From Burkholderiales bacterium (lineage in GTDB: Bacteria > Pseudomonadota > Gammaproteobacteria > Burkholderiales > SG8-41), in NCBI GenBank assembly GCA_035249725.1, contig DATFGD010000284.1:1-41424 (forward strand): a stretch of DNA of 41,424 bases, read 5' to 3'. Below the pieces are notes generated by a model. It searched no databases and was not told the DNA's origin. It saw only the letters and a program-made list of their open reading frames with translations. Below are positions 1 to 12,137 of the stretch, one piece after another. The stretch's first letter is position 1. Each line of letters starts with the position of its first letter. Position numbers and translations under genes: made by a program.

Positions 1-371
1 CGCGGCGCAGGACGATCTCGGTGGGTGCGATGTACACGGTCGATCCCTTGCTGTCGGTGAGGCGGTACATCACGTGATAGCGTAGGTAGTACTCGCGCAC
101 GCGCCCGCCGCCTGAGAGCGCGAGGATTTCCTTGTCCTGGCGTTCGCTCAAGATATGGAGCACGACCTGTGCGTCCTTGGGCGTGTCGGTGATGCGGGCC
201 TGGGTGCCGGATGCAATCGCGCGTTTGAGCTGTATGGTGAAGGGCGACGTGGACGCGCCTTGCACGTAGATCGATTCGAACGGCAGGGTTGCTTCGCCGC
301 GGAGGCGGAACCCGCATGACGCCAGCACCAGCACGCTCGCTGCGAGAATCAGGATGGATAAGCGGCGCATG
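1..371 (-). CDS. lptE: LPS-assembly lipoprotein LptE, truncated by the window edge (N-terminal ~123 aa present)
   Basis: Reverse-complement translation from the ATG at 371 gives MRRLSILILAASVLVLASCGFRLRGEATLPFESIYVQG. It has a lipobox (LASC) and the CGFxLRG motif typical of LptE. It lies immediately downstream of leuS, as in the leuS-lptE-holA arrangement. Confidence 0.8.
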
Positions 372-388
372 ACGTACATGTTCAGCGC

Positions 389-3126
<2,738 letters not shown>

Positions 3127-3231
3127 CAACGTTTCGCTATGACGAAGTTTCTTCATCGCCTGCGTGAACGAATTTGCCCGGACGCCTTGTCCAGTACTCT
3201 ATAATTCCGCGTGATTCCGCAAGCCGAACGC

Positions 3232-5547
3232 ATGTCTCCCAGTTTTCTCGCCGGGCTCAACGAACAGCAGCTCGAAGCCGTCACCCTTCCTCATCAATCC
3301 GCGCTCGTGCTGGCCGGCGCCGGCAGTGGCAAGACGCGCGTGCTCACTACGCGCATCGCATGGCTGATACAAACCGGCCAGGTGAGCCCGCAGGGCGTGA
3401 TCGCGGTGACCTTCACCAACAAGGCGGCGAAGGAGATGCTGACGCGCATCTCTGCGATGCTGCCCATCAATACCCGCGGCATGTGGGTCGGCACTTTTCA
3501 CGGCCTGTGCAACCGGCTGCTCCGCACCCATCATCGCGAGGCAGGATTGCCCCAGCTTTTTCAGATCCTCGATACGCAGGATCAACTCGCACTGATCAGG
3601 CGGCTCATGAAGGCGCTCAATATCGATGAAGAGCGCTACCCGCCGCGGCAGGCGCAATGGTACATCGCAGGCAACAAGGAGGAAGGGCGGCGCGCTCAGG
3701 ACGCGGAAGTTTACGACGACTTTACGCGTCGCATGCAGGAGTTCTACGCGGCGTACGACGCGCTTTGCCAGCGCGAAGGCGTCGTCGATTTCGCGGAACT
3801 GCTGCTGCGCTCCTACGAGCTGCTCTCGCGCAATGCGTTGTTGCGCGAGCATTACGCCAACCGCTTCGGCCATGTCCTGGTCGATGAATTTCAGGACACC
3901 AACCGCTTGCAGTATCGCTGGCTGCAGTTGCTGGCGGGACGGTTTACACCACCCCGCCTCGCAAGCGAGGCACCCCTCCTCATGGGAGGAGGGGAGATAC
4001 CACCCCGCCTTGCGGGCGAGGCACCCCTCCTCATCGGAGGAGGGGAGGAGACGTCGGTTGTTTTTGCGGTGGGGGACGACGACCAGTCGATCTACGCGTT
4101 TCGTGGCGCCTCGGCCGCGAACATGCAGGACCTCCAGCGCGACTTCCACATCGAGCGCGTGATCCGGCTCGAGCAGAACTATCGCTCGCACGGACATATT
4201 CTCGATGCGGCCAACGCGCTCATCCGCCACAATCGCAAGCGGCTGGGCAAGGAGTTGTGGACATCCGAAGGCAAAGGGGAACCGCTGCGCGTGTACGAGG
4301 CAGCGACGGACCTGGAAGAGGCATCGTTCATCGTCGATGAAGTAAAAGCCCTCAACGCCGAGGGTGTCGCTTTGCATGCGATGGCGGTGCTCTACCGTTC
4401 CAATGCGCAGTCGCGGGTGCTGGAGCACGCGTTGTTCAGCGCCGGGCTGCCGTACCGTGTTTACGGCGGACTGCGTTTCTTCGAGCGCCAGGAGATCAAG
4501 CATGCGCTCGCCTACCTTCGTCTCATCGCCAATCCCGACGACGACAATGCGTTTCTGCGCATCGTCAATTTCCCGACGCGCGGTATCGGCACGCGCACCG
4601 TCGAGCAGCTTCAGGCAGCGGCGCGCGAGCGCGGCGTGGCGCTATGGACGGCGGCCCGGGAGAAAGCCGACGGCGGTGCCATGAAATCGGAGGCCAGGGG
4701 CGTCCCGGCCTTTGTTGCGCTGGTGGAAAGAATGCGGGATGCGACGAAAGATCTGCCACTGGCCGAGACGATCGACCACGCCATCGACGCGAGCGGACTC
4801 AGAGAGCATTACAAGACGGAAAAGGAAGGGACAGACCGGCTCGAAAATCTCGCGGAACTGGTGAACGCGGCGGCGACGTTCGTAGCCGAACGTGACGTGC
4901 AGCCCGCAGGAGAGGGCGTGCAGATCGACGAGCCGGACGAACTGACCGCGTTTCTCGCGCATGCTGCACTGGAAGCGGGCGAACATCAGGCGGAGGCGGG
5001 TTCGAGCGCGCTGCAGCTCATGACGGTGCACTCCGCCAAGGGGCTCGAATTCCATACCGTGTTCGTGAGCGGGATGGAGGAGGGGCTTTTTCCGCACGAG
5101 AACAGCCTTACCGAAGCGGACGGCATCGAGGAAGAGCGCCGGCTGATGTATGTCGCACTCACCCGGGCGCGACGCCGGCTCTACCTCTCGCTGGCGCAGA
5201 GCCGGATGCTGCACGGCCAGACCCGCTACGGCATCGCCTCGCGGTTTTTCCGCGAGGTTCCGGAAAAGCTGATGCGGCGGATCAATAGAGCATCAAGGAA
5301 CCGGCACCAAGGGATCAGCATAGCGCAGAGCTATTCCGGCACCGGCACGATTTCCGCACCCCTGACGCCGCAGCCGGACACGGCCATGCCGTGGCGCATC
5401 GGTCAAAACGTCGTTCACCCCAGGTTCGGGACCGGCGTGATCGTGAACGCGGAAGGGCGGGGCGCAGACGCGCGCGTGCAGGTCAACTTCCGCAATAACG
5501 GGCTCAAGTGGCTCGTGCTGGAATACGCGAAACTGGCGCCCGCCTAA
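3232..5547 (+). CDS. uvrD: DNA helicase II (UvrD family), ~771 aa from the ATG at 3232 (the ORF opens at GTG 3211)
   Basis: Contains Walker A AGAGSGKT, motif II DEFQDTN, motif III VGDDDQSIYAFRGA and a C-terminal FGTGVI tail typical of UvrD. MSPSFLAGLNEQQLEAV is a typical UvrD N-terminus. Confidence 0.9.
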   Translation: MSPSFLAGLNEQQLEAVTLPHQSALVLAGAGSGKTRVLTTRIAWLIQTGQVSPQGVIAVTFTNKAAKEMLTRISAMLPINTRGMWVGTFHGLCNRLLRTHHREAGLPQLFQILDTQDQLALIRRLMKALNIDEERYPPRQAQWYIAGNKEEGRRAQDAEVYDDFTRRMQEFYAAYDALCQREGVVDFAELLLRSYELLSRNALLREHYANRFGHVLVDEFQDTNRLQYRWLQLLAGRFTPPRLASEAPLLMGGGEIPPRLAGEAPLLIGGGEETSVVFAVGDDDQSIYAFRGASAANMQDLQRDFHIERVIRLEQNYRSHGHILDAANALIRHNRKRLGKELWTSEGKGEPLRVYEAATDLEEASFIVDEVKALNAEGVALHAMAVLYRSNAQSRVLEHALFSAGLPYRVYGGLRFFERQEIKHALAYLRLIANPDDDNAFLRIVNFPTRGIGTRTVEQLQAAARERGVALWTAAREKADGGAMKSEARGVPAFVALVERMRDATKDLPLAETIDHAIDASGLREHYKTEKEGTDRLENLAELVNAAATFVAERDVQPAGEGVQIDEPDELTAFLAHAALEAGEHQAEAGSSALQLMTVHSAKGLEFHTVFVSGMEEGLFPHENSLTEADGIEEERRLMYVALTRARRRLYLSLAQSRMLHGQTRYGIASRFFREVPEKLMRRINRASRNRHQGISIAQSYSGTGTISAPLTPQPDTAMPWRIGQNVVHPRFGTGVIVNAEGRGADARVQVNFRNNGLKWLVLEYAKLAPA
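3946..4047 (+). repeat. two tandem 51-nt GC-rich double-hairpin units, in frame inside uvrD
   Basis: Unit 1 (3946-3996): acaccaccccgcctcgcaagcgaggcacccctcctcatgggaggaggggag. Unit 2 (3997-4047): ataccaccccgccttgcgggcgaggcacccctcctcatcggaggaggggag. They differ at 5 of 51 positions. Each contains the hairpins gcctcgc-NN-gcgaggc and cccctcctc-NNNN-gaggagggg. They encode TPPRLASEAPLLMGGGE and IPPRLAGEAPLLIGGGE. Confidence 0.9.
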
Positions 5548-5572
5548 CGACACGCTGCCGCGCGCGGCAGAC

Positions 5573-6319
5573 CTATCTCAGAAACGGGTTCCCGCCTCCG
5601 GCCGGCTTCGGCGCCGCGGCAAGGAAGATGTCCTTGTAGCTCGCATAAAACGAACAGATCAATACCGGCAGCAGGATCACGAGCCCGAGGAATATCGGGA
5701 TCGACGCGATGAACCACAACACGAGGATGATCACGCCGTAGACGAGAAACGCGAGCCAGTTCGAAAGGCAGGCGAAAAACGACATTTTCATCGCTTCCAC
5801 GGGATTGAGGTCGTGAAATACGACCAGCAGCGGTGCGAACCAGATCAGCATCAGGAGCGGGAGGTAGAGTGTGAGCCCCACCAGAAGCGCGAAAGCCATG
5901 CTGCGCATCGCAGCGGCAACGGCCTGCATATCGCCTGACTTGTCGAGCACGGCAGTAGGCATGGAGCCGCCTGCGGCCAGGAAGATTACGCCCACGACGA
6001 CGATCGTTCCGACGAGGTAGACCCCGCCGATCGTCACCAGCGCAGTGGGATTCTTCTTGAATCCGGCGAAGAGATGGGAGAGTTCGAGTTCCTCACCGCC
6101 TTCCACGGCTTTGCAGCCGATCATCAGGCCCGCAAACAGCACGGGCGAGAGCAGATTGAAGAGCAGCGGACCGACCAGCGGGATGAGGAACGATACCATC
6201 CACATGAGCACCAGCACGACGGTGAGCGAAATCCACATCAATGGATATTTGCGGAACAGGCCGAAGCCGTCCACGATCCACTGCCAGCCTTTACCGGCCT
6301 CCACCACCCGCGCGTTCAT
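5573..6319 (-). CDS. polytopic inner-membrane protein of unknown function (resembles the BPSS1780-type membrane protein family)
   Basis: 248-aa ORF with 5-6 hydrophobic segments. The N-terminus (GKGWQWIVDGFGLFRKYPLMWI) and the LFAGFKKN motif recall that family. No catalytic motif is visible. Confidence 0.6.
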   Translation of the reverse strand: MNARVVEAGKGWQWIVDGFGLFRKYPLMWISLTVVLVLMWMVSFLIPLVGPLLFNLLSPVLFAGLMIGCKAVEGGEELELSHLFAGFKKNPTALVTIGGVYLVGTIVVVGVIFLAAGGSMPTAVLDKSGDMQAVAAAMRSMAFALLVGLTLYLPLLMLIWFAPLLVVFHDLNPVEAMKMSFFACLSNWLAFLVYGVIILVLWFIASIPIFLGLVILLPVLICSFYASYKDIFLAAAPKPAGGGNPFLR

Positions 6320-6392
6320 CTTGTGATTGTCTCCCTGTATGGCGGCAGCGCCGCTGCGACCGATGCCGCCCGCATATTATAGGTGAACATGC

Positions 6393-7343
6393 TCAAGCGG
6401 TAAGCTGCGATAGCGCGGGCTCGTTGGCGATGTGGCTCGCCAGTATGCGCTGAAAGTGTGCCGGATCCTTGGCGTGGGTGAGTTCCCCTGGCCGGGGCAG
6501 GTGGAAATCGTAGAGGCGCGAGACCCAGAAACGCAATGCAGCGGCGCGCAACATCACGGGCCAGGCCTTGGCTTCGGCCGCAGTGAGCGCCCGCCGTCCG
6601 CGGTACGCTTCCAGGAGGGCTGCCGTTCGGGCAGGATGCAGCCCGCCGTCCTTGTCCAGACACCAGTCGTTCACGGTCACCGCAATATCGTAGAGCAGCG
6701 TATCGGTGCATGCGAAATAAAAATCGATGACACCGGAGACGCGATCATCGACGAACAATACGTTATCGCGGAAAAGATCGGCGTGTACCACTCCCCGCGG
6801 CAGGTCGGACCACCGCTGGAGCGACTGAAAGCGCACTTCCTCGCGCAGCAGCCGCGCTTCCTCCGCAGGCAGGAACGGAACGATTTCGGGCATGACCGCC
6901 CGCCACCACTTGGGCCCGCGTGGGTTGTCCATCCGCAGCCGGTACGATTTGCCGGCGACGTGCATGGCGGCCAGCACGTCGCCGACCTGGGTGCAGTGGC
7001 GGGCTTCGGGCGCCTTCACGTCCTGCCCCGCGAGGAAGCTCACAAGCGCGGCCGGCTTGCCGTTCAGCATCCCGGACAGTTCGTTGCGAAGGTTGGCCAC
7101 CGGGCACGGGCACGGCACATCGTGGTTCGAAAGATGGGCCATCAATTTGAGATAGAACGGCAGCTCGTGGGACTGCAACTTCTCGAACAGCGTGAGTACG
7201 TAGCGCCCGTGCGTCGTCGTGACGAAGTAATTGGTGTTCTCGATGCCGGCTGGGATGCCTTCCAGATTCAGGAGTGTGCCGATGGCGTAATTGCGCAACC
7301 AGCCGTCGAGCTGATCGGGCGTGACGGTAGTGAAAACCGACAT
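6393..7343 (-). CDS. thrB: homoserine kinase, APH-fold (Pseudomonas-type ThrB)
   Basis: The N-terminus MSVFTTVTPDQLDGWLRNY...GIENTNYFV and the kinase motif HADLFRDNVLF are present. It lies next to DUF2782 and polA, as in pseudomonads and betaproteobacteria. Confidence 0.88.
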   Translation of the reverse strand: MSVFTTVTPDQLDGWLRNYAIGTLLNLEGIPAGIENTNYFVTTTHGRYVLTLFEKLQSHELPFYLKLMAHLSNHDVPCPCPVANLRNELSGMLNGKPAALVSFLAGQDVKAPEARHCTQVGDVLAAMHVAGKSYRLRMDNPRGPKWWRAVMPEIVPFLPAEEARLLREEVRFQSLQRWSDLPRGVVHADLFRDNVLFVDDRVSGVIDFYFACTDTLLYDIAVTVNDWCLDKDGGLHPARTAALLEAYRGRRALTAAEAKAWPVMLRAAALRFWVSRLYDFHLPRPGELTHAKDPAHFQRILASHIANEPALSQLTA

Positions 7344-7425
7344 GCTAGCGCGGCGCGGGCAGCCGACGACGTGCCCTTCTCAGCAGCACGACCGGGCTCC
7401 CCATTGAAGACGCGCGGATCAGCGG

Positions 7426-7758
7426 TCAGAACTGATGAATCACCCACAGCGGCGGTCGCACGCCGCTGTCGAGACTGTCCTGCCGGCTGAAGCGGCCGTC
7501 GCCCTTATGGTCGATCATGTAATAAGGGCGGCCGTTGGCGGGCGTGACCTTTACCATGTACAGAATGCCGCCGATACGATACTCCTCTACCGTGTCGAGA
7601 CCACGCTTCAGAATCGTCACTTGCGGCTCGAGCGCCGGATCGAGCTCGTAGCCCGGCGGCGGCGGCGGAGGCTCCGGAATCGGCTGCAGTTGCGGCTTGC
7701 TCTGCGCGTAAACCGGCAGCGCGGCACACATCAACAAAATGAATACCAGTCGGCGCAT
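7426..7758 (-). CDS. DUF2782 family periplasmic protein
   Basis: 110 aa with a signal peptide (MRRLVFILLMCAALPVYAQ), a proline-rich stretch (PEPPPPPPGYE) and YMIDHKGDG. It occupies the conserved position between thrB and polA. Confidence 0.75.
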   Translation of the reverse strand: MRRLVFILLMCAALPVYAQSKPQLQPIPEPPPPPPGYELDPALEPQVTILKRGLDTVEEYRIGGILYMVKVTPANGRPYYMIDHKGDGRFSRQDSLDSGVRPPLWVIHQF

Positions 7759-7868
7759 GAGGCATCCTTGTTCTTTGGACAGTAATTATGCGGCCCGCGT
7801 TCCGGTTTTGAAAAGCCGTCCGTGTGAATTCTGACATAATCGCGCTTCCGCGACGCTTTTACGCCACA

Positions 7869-10628
7869 ATGAAGACGCTGCTGCTGGTCGATGCTTCCTC
7901 CTACCTCTACCGCGCATTCCACGCATTGCCGGATTTGCGCAACAAGGGCGGAGAGCCGACCGCGGCGATCTACGGCGTGCTCAACATGCTGCGCCGGCTC
8001 CACAAGGATACGCACGCCGACTATAGCGCCTGCGTATTCGATGCCAAAGGGAAGACGTTTCGCGACGATCTTTATCCGGACTACAAGGCGACCCGCGCGC
8101 CCATGCCGGACGATCTCGGCGTCCAGATCGAGCCGCTGCACCAAGCCATCGTCGCGATGGGCTGGCCGCTCCTGATGATCGACGGTGTCGAGGCCGACGA
8201 CGTCATCGCGACGCTTGCCTGTGCCGCCGAACGGCAGGGCATGGAGGTGGTCATCTCAACCGGCGACAAGGATCTCACGCAGCTCGTATGCCGCGGCATC
8301 CGGATCGAGAATGCCAATCCGCGCACCGGCGAGCTGGAAATCCTCGACGAAGCCGGCGTCGAGAAGAAATTCGGCGTGAAACCGGAGCGGATCACGGATT
8401 ATCTCGCCTTGATCGGCGACAGCGTGGACAACATTCCCGGCGTGGATAAAGTCGGACCCAAAACCGCGGCAAAGTGGCTTTCGCAATACGGCACCCTCGA
8501 CAATGTGATTGCGCATGCGGACGAAATCGGAGGGGTCGTCGGCGACAACCTGCGCCGCGTGCGCGACTGGCTGCCGCGCGCCCGCGAGCTGCTCACCGTC
8601 AAATCCGACGTTCCGCTTCCGGTCGAGGTGACGGATCTCACGCTGAAGCCGAAAGACAAGGCCAGGCTCGCCGAACTGTTCGACCGCTACGAATTCAGGG
8701 CGTGGCGCCGCGAGCTGGACCAACAGGGCGGCGGAACGGCACCGCAAGGCCGGACCGAACCGGGCAACGAGCAAATGCCGGTCCCGCAGGAAGCGTACGC
8801 CGCGCGGCTTACCGCACGCACGCCGCGAAACTACGAGACGATCCTGTCCGAGCCGCAACTCGACGCCTGGATCGAAAAGCTCCACGCTGCGGAACTGACG
8901 GCGCTCGATACGGAGACCACCGACTTGAGCCCCATGCTGGCGCGCCTCGTCGGGATATCGTTTTCGGTGGCGCCCGACGAGGCGGGTTATGTTCCGGTGG
9001 GTCACCGCTACGCCGGTGCGCCCGATCAGCTACCCCTTGCGCGGGTGCTGGAGAAATTAAAGCCGTGGCTCGAGAACGCCGAGCGTCCCAAACTCGGGCA
9101 GTGCATCAAGTACGACATGCATGTGCTCGCCAATCATGGCATCTCTCTTCGCGGCGTGGTTCATGACACGCTGCTGCAGTCGTACGTCATCGAGAGCCAC
9201 AAGGCGCACGACATGGACGACCTCGCCGAGCGCCATCTCAATCTCAAGACCGTCAGCTACGACGAAGTGACGGGCAAGGGTGCGAACAGAATCGCCTTCG
9301 AGCAGGTTGCGATCGACCGGGCGACCGAATATGCCGCCGAGGATGCGGACGTGACGCTGCAGCTGCATCGCTGTCTGCATCCACAGATCGAAGCCGACGC
9401 AAAACTGCGCCGCATCTATCGGGAAATCGAGATGCCCGTCATGCGCGTGCTGCAGATCATGGAGCGCAACGGCGTGCGGCTCGACACCGGTCTCCTCGGT
9501 GACCTGTCGCGCGAGTTCGGCGCCAAGATGATGGAGCTGGAAGCGAAGGCGCACGCGATCGCGGGACAGCCATTCAATCTCGGATCGCCGAAACAGATAC
9601 AGGATATCCTGTTCGAGAAACAGCAGCTGCCGGTGCGCAAGAAAACGCCTTCCGGCCAGCCTTCCACCGATGAGGACGTGCTCGCGGAGCTCGCGCAGGA
9701 CTATCCGCTGCCCAAACTGATACTGGAGCATCGCGGCCTCGCGAAGCTCAAATCCACCTACACCGACAAGCTCGGCGAGATGATCAATCCCGCCACCGGT
9801 CGGGTGCACACCAATTACGCGCAGGCGGTCGCGGTCACCGGACGGCTTGCGAGCAACGACCCGAATCTACAGAACATTCCGATCCGCACGGCCGAGGGGC
9901 GCCGTATCCGGGAGGCGTTTATCGCCGACGAGCACTGCCACATCGTATCGGCCGACTATTCGCAGATCGAACTCAGGATCATGGCGCACATTTCGCAGGA
10001 CGCGAGCCTGCTCAAGGCCTTTGCCGCCGGTGAGGACATCCACCGCGCGACCGCAGCGGAAGTCTTCGGTCTCGCCCTCGAAGAGGTGGATGCCGAGCAG
10101 CGCCGCTATGCCAAGGTGATCAACTTCGGTCTCATCTATGGCATGTCGGCATTCGGACTTGCGCGCCAACTGGGCATCGAACGGGCAGCGGGGCAGCAGT
10201 ACATGGACCGCTACTTCGCGCGCTATCCCGGCGTTGCGGATTATATGCAGCGCACGCGCGAGACGGCGCGCGCGCAGGGCTACGTCGAGACGGTCTTCGG
10301 GCGCCGCCTGTGGCTGCCGGAGATCAAAAGCAGTAACGGCGCGAGGCGCCAGGGCGCCGAGCGTGCGGCGATCAACGCGCCGATGCAGGGCACCGCCGCC
10401 GATCTCATCAAGCTCGCGATGATCGCGCTGCAGGAGTGGATAGAAACAGAGGAATTGCAGAGCCGGCTCATCATGCAGGTCCACGACGAACTGGTGCTGG
10501 AAGTGCCCGATGCCGAGCTGGACGCAGTCAGGCACACCTTACCGAGTCTGATGAGCGGCGTAGCGGAACTCTCCGTGCCGCTGCTCGTGGACATCGGCGT
10601 CGGCCCGAACTGGGACAAGGCGCACTGA
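7869..10628 (+). CDS. polA: DNA polymerase I (~919 aa from the ATG at 7869; the ORF opens at GTG 7824)
   Basis: The 5'-3' exonuclease N-terminus is MKTLLLVDASSYLYRAFHA. Polymerase motifs are A (DYSQIELR), B (KVINFGLIYG) and C (QVHDE). Confidence 0.97.
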   Translation: MKTLLLVDASSYLYRAFHALPDLRNKGGEPTAAIYGVLNMLRRLHKDTHADYSACVFDAKGKTFRDDLYPDYKATRAPMPDDLGVQIEPLHQAIVAMGWPLLMIDGVEADDVIATLACAAERQGMEVVISTGDKDLTQLVCRGIRIENANPRTGELEILDEAGVEKKFGVKPERITDYLALIGDSVDNIPGVDKVGPKTAAKWLSQYGTLDNVIAHADEIGGVVGDNLRRVRDWLPRARELLTVKSDVPLPVEVTDLTLKPKDKARLAELFDRYEFRAWRRELDQQGGGTAPQGRTEPGNEQMPVPQEAYAARLTARTPRNYETILSEPQLDAWIEKLHAAELTALDTETTDLSPMLARLVGISFSVAPDEAGYVPVGHRYAGAPDQLPLARVLEKLKPWLENAERPKLGQCIKYDMHVLANHGISLRGVVHDTLLQSYVIESHKAHDMDDLAERHLNLKTVSYDEVTGKGANRIAFEQVAIDRATEYAAEDADVTLQLHRCLHPQIEADAKLRRIYREIEMPVMRVLQIMERNGVRLDTGLLGDLSREFGAKMMELEAKAHAIAGQPFNLGSPKQIQDILFEKQQLPVRKKTPSGQPSTDEDVLAELAQDYPLPKLILEHRGLAKLKSTYTDKLGEMINPATGRVHTNYAQAVAVTGRLASNDPNLQNIPIRTAEGRRIREAFIADEHCHIVSADYSQIELRIMAHISQDASLLKAFAAGEDIHRATAAEVFGLALEEVDAEQRRYAKVINFGLIYGMSAFGLARQLGIERAAGQQYMDRYFARYPGVADYMQRTRETARAQGYVETVFGRRLWLPEIKSSNGARRQGAERAAINAPMQGTAADLIKLAMIALQEWIETEELQSRLIMQVHDELVLEVPDAELDAVRHTLPSLMSGVAELSVPLLVDIGVGPNWDKAH

Positions 10629-10648
10629 TTTAATTGCGGGTTCGCTGG

Positions 10649-11395
10649 TTACGAGCCCACAGTCATGACCACCGGCGCATGGTCGCTGGTGCCGAAGTCG
10701 GCGAGCACGACGCAGGCGGCTGCGCGCGCCGCGGTCGAAGGTGTGGCGAGCATGTAGTCGAGCCGCCAGCCGATGTTGCGGCTGCGCATGTTGCGCCACG
10801 GCGGCCACCACGTGAAAAGGCCGGGATTGTCGGGTTCGAGCGCGCGGCCAACATCGACGAGATGCGCGCCGAGCAGTTCGTCCATCAGCTCGCGCTCTTC
10901 CGGGCGCTGCCCGATGATGCCGGGCTTGCGTTCCTTCGGATGCACGTCCATTTCCGTACGGGTGATGTTCATGTCGCCGCACAGGATCAACTCGCGTCCT
11001 GCACGGTGCACCTCTCGCGACCACTTCACGAGCCGGTGCATGAAGGTGAGCTTCGCTTCGTAATCCTTGCCGCCGTTGGGCACGTACACCGAAGCGACCA
11101 TGAGGTGGCCAAGCTTCGCCTGCACGATGCGGGACTCCATGTCGAACTCGGGATGGCTGAAAACGGGTTCGGAATCGAACAGACGCTTTCGGATGTGCAG
11201 CGAGACGCCGGAGTAGGCACGTAATCCATGCCAGTAGACGTAATAGTCGTCATGTCCGCATTGCGGCGGGACCTGCGAGCGCTCGGCCTTCAGTTCCTGC
11301 AGGCACACGATGTCCGGACGGTCGCGCTCGAGCCACGCGCAGAATTCCGCCTGCCGTGCGCGGATGCCGTTGACGTTCCAGGTCGCGATTTTCAT
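10649..11395 (-). CDS. xthA: exodeoxyribonuclease III
   Basis: 248 aa beginning MKIATWNVNGIRAR...CLQELK, an EEP-fold nuclease signature. It ends ...SDHAPV. Confidence 0.9.
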   Translation of the reverse strand: MKIATWNVNGIRARQAEFCAWLERDRPDIVCLQELKAERSQVPPQCGHDDYYVYWHGLRAYSGVSLHIRKRLFDSEPVFSHPEFDMESRIVQAKLGHLMVASVYVPNGGKDYEAKLTFMHRLVKWSREVHRAGRELILCGDMNITRTEMDVHPKERKPGIIGQRPEERELMDELLGAHLVDVGRALEPDNPGLFTWWPPWRNMRSRNIGWRLDYMLATPSTAARAAACVVLADFGTSDHAPVVMTVGS

Positions 11396-11456
11396 TCACG
11401 CACTACCGGTCGGCCAAAACGCGCAGTACGGTCCCGCGTGGCCATTTCGAGCGGCC

Positions 11457-12137
11457 TCAGCGCAGGGCGCCGAAGACTTTTTTCACCATGTCGCTCGAGG
11501 CGCCGAGCGGGTTTTGACGGAAAGCACGCTCCTGCTCGCCGATCATGAGGTAGAGCCCGTCGAGCGCCTTTGCGGTCACGTAGCGCTCGACCGTAGCTTG
11601 ATCGTCCTTGACGAGACCGAGCGCGGCGCCCTGACCGGCAATCGAGTTGTACTGCTGAGCGAGGCCGACGCGATCGGTGGCTTTCTTGACGATCGGCAGG
11701 AAGCGTTCGGTCAACTGCTTCTGCGTCGTGCGGCGGAAATATTCGGTCGCAGCCGTGTCGCCGCCGGTGAGCACCTGCTTCGCGTCCTGCACCGTCATTT
11801 TCTTCACCGCATCGACCAGCAGCGCTTTAGCCTCGGGCGCGGCGGCTTCGGCGGCGCGGTTCATCGCGACTACGAGTTCATCGGCCTGGCGGCGCATGCC
11901 CATGACGCGCATGGCGCCCTCCACGCGCTGCAGGGACGGCGGCAGTGGAATCTTCACCTTGGGGTTGGCGAGGTAGCCGTTCTCTACGCCGAGCTTGGCG
12001 ACGGCGGCCGCAGAACCTTCGGTGAGCGCCTGCTTGAGTCCGCTCGCGGCGTCGGCGTTGGTGAGGCGATCGAGGCTCGCGGCAAGAGCCGGCGCAAGGC
12101 TGACAACGCACATCAAAAAAACGAGAATACGGTACAT
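11457..12137 (-). CDS. DUF4197 family periplasmic protein (226 aa from the ATG at 12137)
   Basis: Signal peptide MYRILVFLMCVVSLAPALAAS, then LTNADAASGLKQALTEG...YLANPKVKIPLP, typical of DUF4197. The longer 301-aa ORF upstream has no protein-like character. Confidence 0.7.
   Translation of the reverse strand: MYRILVFLMCVVSLAPALAASLDRLTNADAASGLKQALTEGSAAAVAKLGVENGYLANPKVKIPLPPSLQRVEGAMRVMGMRRQADELVVAMNRAAEAAAPEAKALLVDAVKKMTVQDAKQVLTGGDTAATEYFRRTTQKQLTERFLPIVKKATDRVGLAQQYNSIAGQGAALGLVKDDQATVERYVTAKALDGLYLMIGEQERAFRQNPLGASSDMVKKVFGALR

Noticed and set aside
3946-4047. The tandem direct repeats in uvrD as a possible CRISPR array or minisatellite.
   Set aside because: There are only two directly abutting units with no spacers and no leader or cas genes. 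The units are in frame within a coding sequence, so they fit a REP/RPE-like element better.
3199-4503. Long antisense ORFs throughout the track. Examples: 3199..4503(-) 434 aa, 11310..12608(+) 432 aa, 23046..24284(+) 412 aa, 25462..27045(+) 527 aa, 28090..29544(-) 484 aa, 36602..37774(-) 390 aa.
   Set aside because: Each lies opposite a gene with unmistakable conserved motifs (uvrD, the DUF4197/TlpA-like pair, ctpA, gpmI, secB/gpsA, coxB). Their translations are Arg/Ala/Gly/Pro-rich low-complexity strings typical of shadow ORFs in high-GC DNA.
5555-5570. The perfect 16-nt palindrome ctgccgcgcgcggcag between the convergent uvrD and membrane-protein genes, as a bidirectional terminator.
   Set aside because: There is no loop and no flanking T/A tracts. 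It may still be a structural element, but I cannot support calling it an intrinsic terminator.
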